A stretch of 64,000 nt of DNA from IMG/VR virus record IMGVR_UViG_3300035698_025391. The stretch is one strand, 5' to 3'. The notes beneath the pieces were generated by a model. It searched no databases and was not told the origin of the DNA. It saw only the letters and a list, made by a program, of their open reading frames with translations. The translations under genes were made by a program, and so were the position numbers. Source of the stretch: an uncultured virus (IMG/VR IMGVR_UViG_3300035698_025391). Taxonomy: Duplodnaviria > Heunggongvirae > Uroviricota > Caudoviricetes. This document shows positions 61,308-64,000 of this stretch, piece by piece (the stretch's first letter is position 1; each line of letters begins with the position of its first letter).

Positions 61308-62162
61308 ATGAAAGCCCAAAACCTTACCATCAGCATACCCGACAAGGGGTGCGACAAGGACTGTCCCTATTGTATCAGCAAAATAACCTGGGCCCCACCA
61401 ATAGATGATCGTACGATGGTTCGAAATCGGGGCAAAGTCCGTAAATTGGCTGATACGGCCAATGTCACCAGTGTACTGATCACTGGAAAAGGCGAACCTT
61501 TCCGCAACTGGCCTGGACTGATATATTGGGCTCAAGCCTTTGGTGATCTTCCTGTGGAAGTACAGACCAACGGAGTGGCCCTGTTCAAAAGGTATGAAAA
61601 GGTGGCCAATCCGTCTCCGATCGAAACATTAAAAGAGGCTGGGCTGGATGTCATAGCCTTTTCCATAGACACTTTGGAACAGTTTAGGCTGTACGAGCCT
61701 CTGTTTGCCTGTATCGCCGATTATGGAATGGTTGTTCGGGTGTGTATCAACCTCACCAATAAAATCGGCTACTATACGGACGCTATTGTGAAAGTGGTCC
61801 TGGAGGTAGGAAATGTCCGCCAACTTCTTTTTCGGAACATTTCATATCCTAGAATGAGTCCCGTTTATACGTCAAAAGCCCTGCCTACGCAAATGGACTG
61901 GATTGAACGACATACGGATCAAGGAGCCTATATGAAAATGGCCCAAGGTTTTCATGGTCGTATGGCGACACTCGGCAAAAAGCCGATCAGAGTGCTACCT
62001 GAAACAGGTGTGGAAATATTCGAAGTTCGTGGACTTTCAGTGTGCTTCTCCGACTATTGTATACAACAGGAAAATCGGATGGAAGATATACGGTCATTGA
62101 TTTTTCACCAGGACGGACACGTCTACACAAGTTGGGACAGTCCGGCCTCAATACTATTTTAA
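61308..62162 (+). CDS. Radical SAM enzyme
   Basis: CDKDCPYC, ITGKGEP, VQTNG, AFSID. Confidence 0.88.
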   Translation: MKAQNLTISIPDKGCDKDCPYCISKITWAPPIDDRTMVRNRGKVRKLADTANVTSVLITGKGEPFRNWPGLIYWAQAFGDLPVEVQTNGVALFKRYEKVANPSPIETLKEAGLDVIAFSIDTLEQFRLYEPLFACIADYGMVVRVCINLTNKIGYYTDAIVKVVLEVGNVRQLLFRNISYPRMSPVYTSKALPTQMDWIERHTDQGAYMKMAQGFHGRMATLGKKPIRVLPETGVEIFEVRGLSVCFSDYCIQQENRMEDIRSLIFHQDGHVYTSWDSPASILF

Positions 62163-62173
62163 GGGGTTATGTG

Positions 62174-62473
62174 ATGGAACTTAAGTGTAAAATCAAAACG
62201 ATTTATTTAGTGGAACAGGCCGATCTCGAAAAGTTCGTCATGCATCATATGAACGTAGGGGAATTCAATGTGGCGTCCATAGAAGAGTTGTCGAACGGAG
62301 TTATGGTCCGCTACAATGTTTCTGCGGATGAACCAAGTGAGGATATGGAGGAATTGAAAGAAATATTCGGCAAAGAAGACCCGCCGCAATATTGTACCAG
62401 AATGATCCTCAAATATCTGTGCTTCAAAGGCTTACTCCCTGCCGGTGAGTACGTCATAGATGTGAGTTGGTAG
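62174..62473 (+). CDS. Conserved phage hypothetical protein
   Basis: DLEKFV...IL..LC..G..PAGEYVIDVSW. Confidence 0.6.
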   Translation: MELKCKIKTIYLVEQADLEKFVMHHMNVGEFNVASIEELSNGVMVRYNVSADEPSEDMEELKEIFGKEDPPQYCTRMILKYLCFKGLLPAGEYVIDVSW

Positions 62474-62481
62474 GAGCAACC

Positions 62482-62751
62482 ATGATACACGTCAAAATTT
62501 TCAATGAGAATAAAGCATCGGACTACTTCTATGGTGCGACGCAAGTCTTTCCATTCATAGTGTATCGCTGTCATTGTGGATATGTAACCAATTATGATTA
62601 TTTTGACGTGTACAGGATAGCCCTTCGTAAAATAAGATATTGTAAGGAGTGCAAGAGAGTACTTCCCGTAATAAAAGATTTAGCTCCTGGAGGTAAATCA
62701 AGAGCTTACAGATTGGGATTACACGGTTATCACCATGATATATACACGTAA
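62482..62751 (+). CDS. Double-CxxC zinc ribbon, LP..WH family (array member 1)
   Basis: YRCHCG..CKEC..LP..DL..YRL.LH. Confidence 0.65.
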   Translation: MIHVKIFNENKASDYFYGATQVFPFIVYRCHCGYVTNYDYFDVYRIALRKIRYCKECKRVLPVIKDLAPGGKSRAYRLGLHGYHHDIYT

Positions 62752-62968
62752 ATATAAACAGACAATGTTAGCAAAGAGGCTTTACTTCACCTGCCACCAC
62801 TGTAAGGTTACATTCGCATCTTTCGGATATGAGGCCCGTAGTTGTGAAGGGTGTCACGCCGAAAAGCCAATCATAAATGATCTTATTGACTCACCTCTTC
62901 GCAGGCTAGCTTGGCATAATAAACCAGCAAAGGAAGAGCTGGACACTAGAGAGAGATGGTTCATATAA
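62735..62968 (+). CDS. Zinc ribbon array member 2
   Basis: FTCHHC..CEGC..KP..DL..RLAWH. Confidence 0.65.
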   Translation: MIYTRKYKQTMLAKRLYFTCHHCKVTFASFGYEARSCEGCHAEKPIINDLIDSPLRRLAWHNKPAKEELDTRERWFI

Positions 62969-62985
62969 TTTTAAAGGTGGCGTAC

Positions 62986-63198
62986 ATGATAAAAGTGGAG
63001 GCTATAGTAAAAAAAACCATTATACCCCATTTTAACATAAAGTGTTATTGTGGTCACAGACAGAAGACCCACTTTAATATGATAGATATGGTCTTATATT
63101 GCAATAGCTGTAGTGCAAGGCTACCACGTATAAGCCACTTGCTCGCAATAGGCGGGTCAAGTCTTTACAAATCTACATGGCATTTTAGTGGAAAATAA
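62986..63198 (+). CDS. Zinc ribbon array member 3
   Basis: KCYCG..CNSC..LP..WH. Confidence 0.65.
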   Translation: MIKVEAIVKKTIIPHFNIKCYCGHRQKTHFNMIDMVLYCNSCSARLPRISHLLAIGGSSLYKSTWHFSGK

Positions 63199-63200
63199 GA

Positions 63201-63428
63201 ATGATTCAAATAAAAATAAATTCAAATTCCAATCAAGTTACTTTTATCTGCCATTGTGGGAGAATACAGCAGATACCGATAAGATATTATAGAGCTGGCA
63301 TGTGGTGTGCCAAGTGCCAGAGTAAGGTCCCTCAATTGTATCGTTTAATGTCCAAACGGAACAGCCAAAACTTCGTCAAATTACGATGGCACAAAGGGAG
63401 TGTATGCTATGTTGCGTGTAGGATATAA
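63201..63428 (+). CDS. Zinc ribbon array member 4
   Basis: FICHCG..CAKC..VP..KLRWH. Confidence 0.65.
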   Translation: MIQIKINSNSNQVTFICHCGRIQQIPIRYYRAGMWCAKCQSKVPQLYRLMSKRNSQNFVKLRWHKGSVCYVACRI

Positions 63429-63615
63429 GCAGGCAGATAATTACATATTCAATATGTGCCCATACTGTTTTAAAGTCATGGCTGTTGTAATGAAACAACC
63501 TATAACTATTTACAGAAAATGTTACCATTGTGGAAAATACCACGTAGAGCCAAAATCAATGTTCCGAGATCCATTTGTCAGAGTACAATGGCATTATGAC
63601 AAGGATATAATATAA
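63409..63615 (+). CDS. Zinc ribbon array member 5
   Basis: CPYC..CYHCG..RVQWH. Confidence 0.65.
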   Translation: MLRVGYKQADNYIFNMCPYCFKVMAVVMKQPITIYRKCYHCGKYHVEPKSMFRDPFVRVQWHYDKDII

Positions 63616-63617
63616 TA

Positions 63618-63842
63618 ATGTTATATATAAAGGTATATCCAAAACGAAAGACTTATTTTAAAGGCACCATGGGTGTCAAATCAACCTTTTCCTGTTACAA
63701 CTGTGCGGCAGTGTACGCCAACTATGGATTACAAGTGACATTTTATTGTCCTGACTGTAAAGAGGAATTACCTGATGCTCATTTAATTAGCACAAATAGC
63801 CTACATAGGACATGGTGGCATAGATCCCCGGAGGTCCCGTGA
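63618..63842 (+). CDS. Zinc ribbon array member 6
   Basis: FSCYNC..CPDC..LP..RTWWH. Confidence 0.65.
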   Translation: MLYIKVYPKRKTYFKGTMGVKSTFSCYNCAAVYANYGLQVTFYCPDCKEELPDAHLISTNSLHRTWWHRSPEVP

Positions 63843-64000
63843 TACAAATAACAATCGAAAGAGAGGCTGATTTCTCTGGTGATTTCCAGATGGAGTACAA
63901 GTGCCCCCATTGCTGTCTAACACTGTATATGTTCATAATGGAAAACGAACCAGGGTCAGTCCAATACGATTCAGTATTATGGCATAGTGGTATGTGGGGA
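63839..64000 (+). CDS. Partial zinc ribbon array member 7
   Basis: GTGA overlap; MIQITIE...YKCPHC; runs off window end. Confidence 0.5.
   Translation, partial: MIQITIEREADFSGDFQMEYKCPHCCLTLYMFIMENEPGSVQYDSVLWHSGMWG

Noticed and set aside
61308..62162. Viperin or other specific function for the radical SAM enzymes
   Set aside because: Only generic rSAM motifs visible; subfamily-diagnostic residues not recognisable by eye
1..64000. CRISPR array, DGR, integrase/transposase, or stop-codon reassignment
   Set aside because: No repeat-spacer array, reverse transcriptase or recombinase motif seen; known genes are intact in the standard code and all three stops are used; no suppressor tRNA

Overview
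A 64-kb, almost entirely plus-strand, gene-dense segment of what looks like a large (jumbo-type) bacteriophage genome. It is an accessory/early region with no structural, packaging or replication core genes and uses the standard genetic code. Most ORFs are small hypotheticals, many of them Cys-rich and falling into several expanded paralog families. Recognisable functions are NAD+ salvage (PnuC, NadR), ADP-ribose/nucleotide handling (macrodomain, YspA-SLOG, possible NADAR-like), translation and tRNA functions (SPOUT methylase, peptide deformylase, L7/L12-CTD fusion, S4-like protein, RtcB), two radical SAM enzymes, a COOH-NH2 ligase, a CX5R phosphatase, and LemA-like, NfeD and SPFH membrane proteins. 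The most striking part is 43.8-60.1 kb. It holds four tRNA-Leu isoacceptors (CAA, UAA, the rare AAG, UAG) and tRNA-Gln(UUG). The UAA gene is split by a cyanobacterial/plastid trnL-type group I intron that carries an antisense HNH endonuclease in P6. The region also has four non-canonical tRNA-like RNAs with intact acceptor and T arms, including a 169-nt CCA-ending RNA just upstream of rtcB. All assignments come from reading motifs by eye; no database searches were run.
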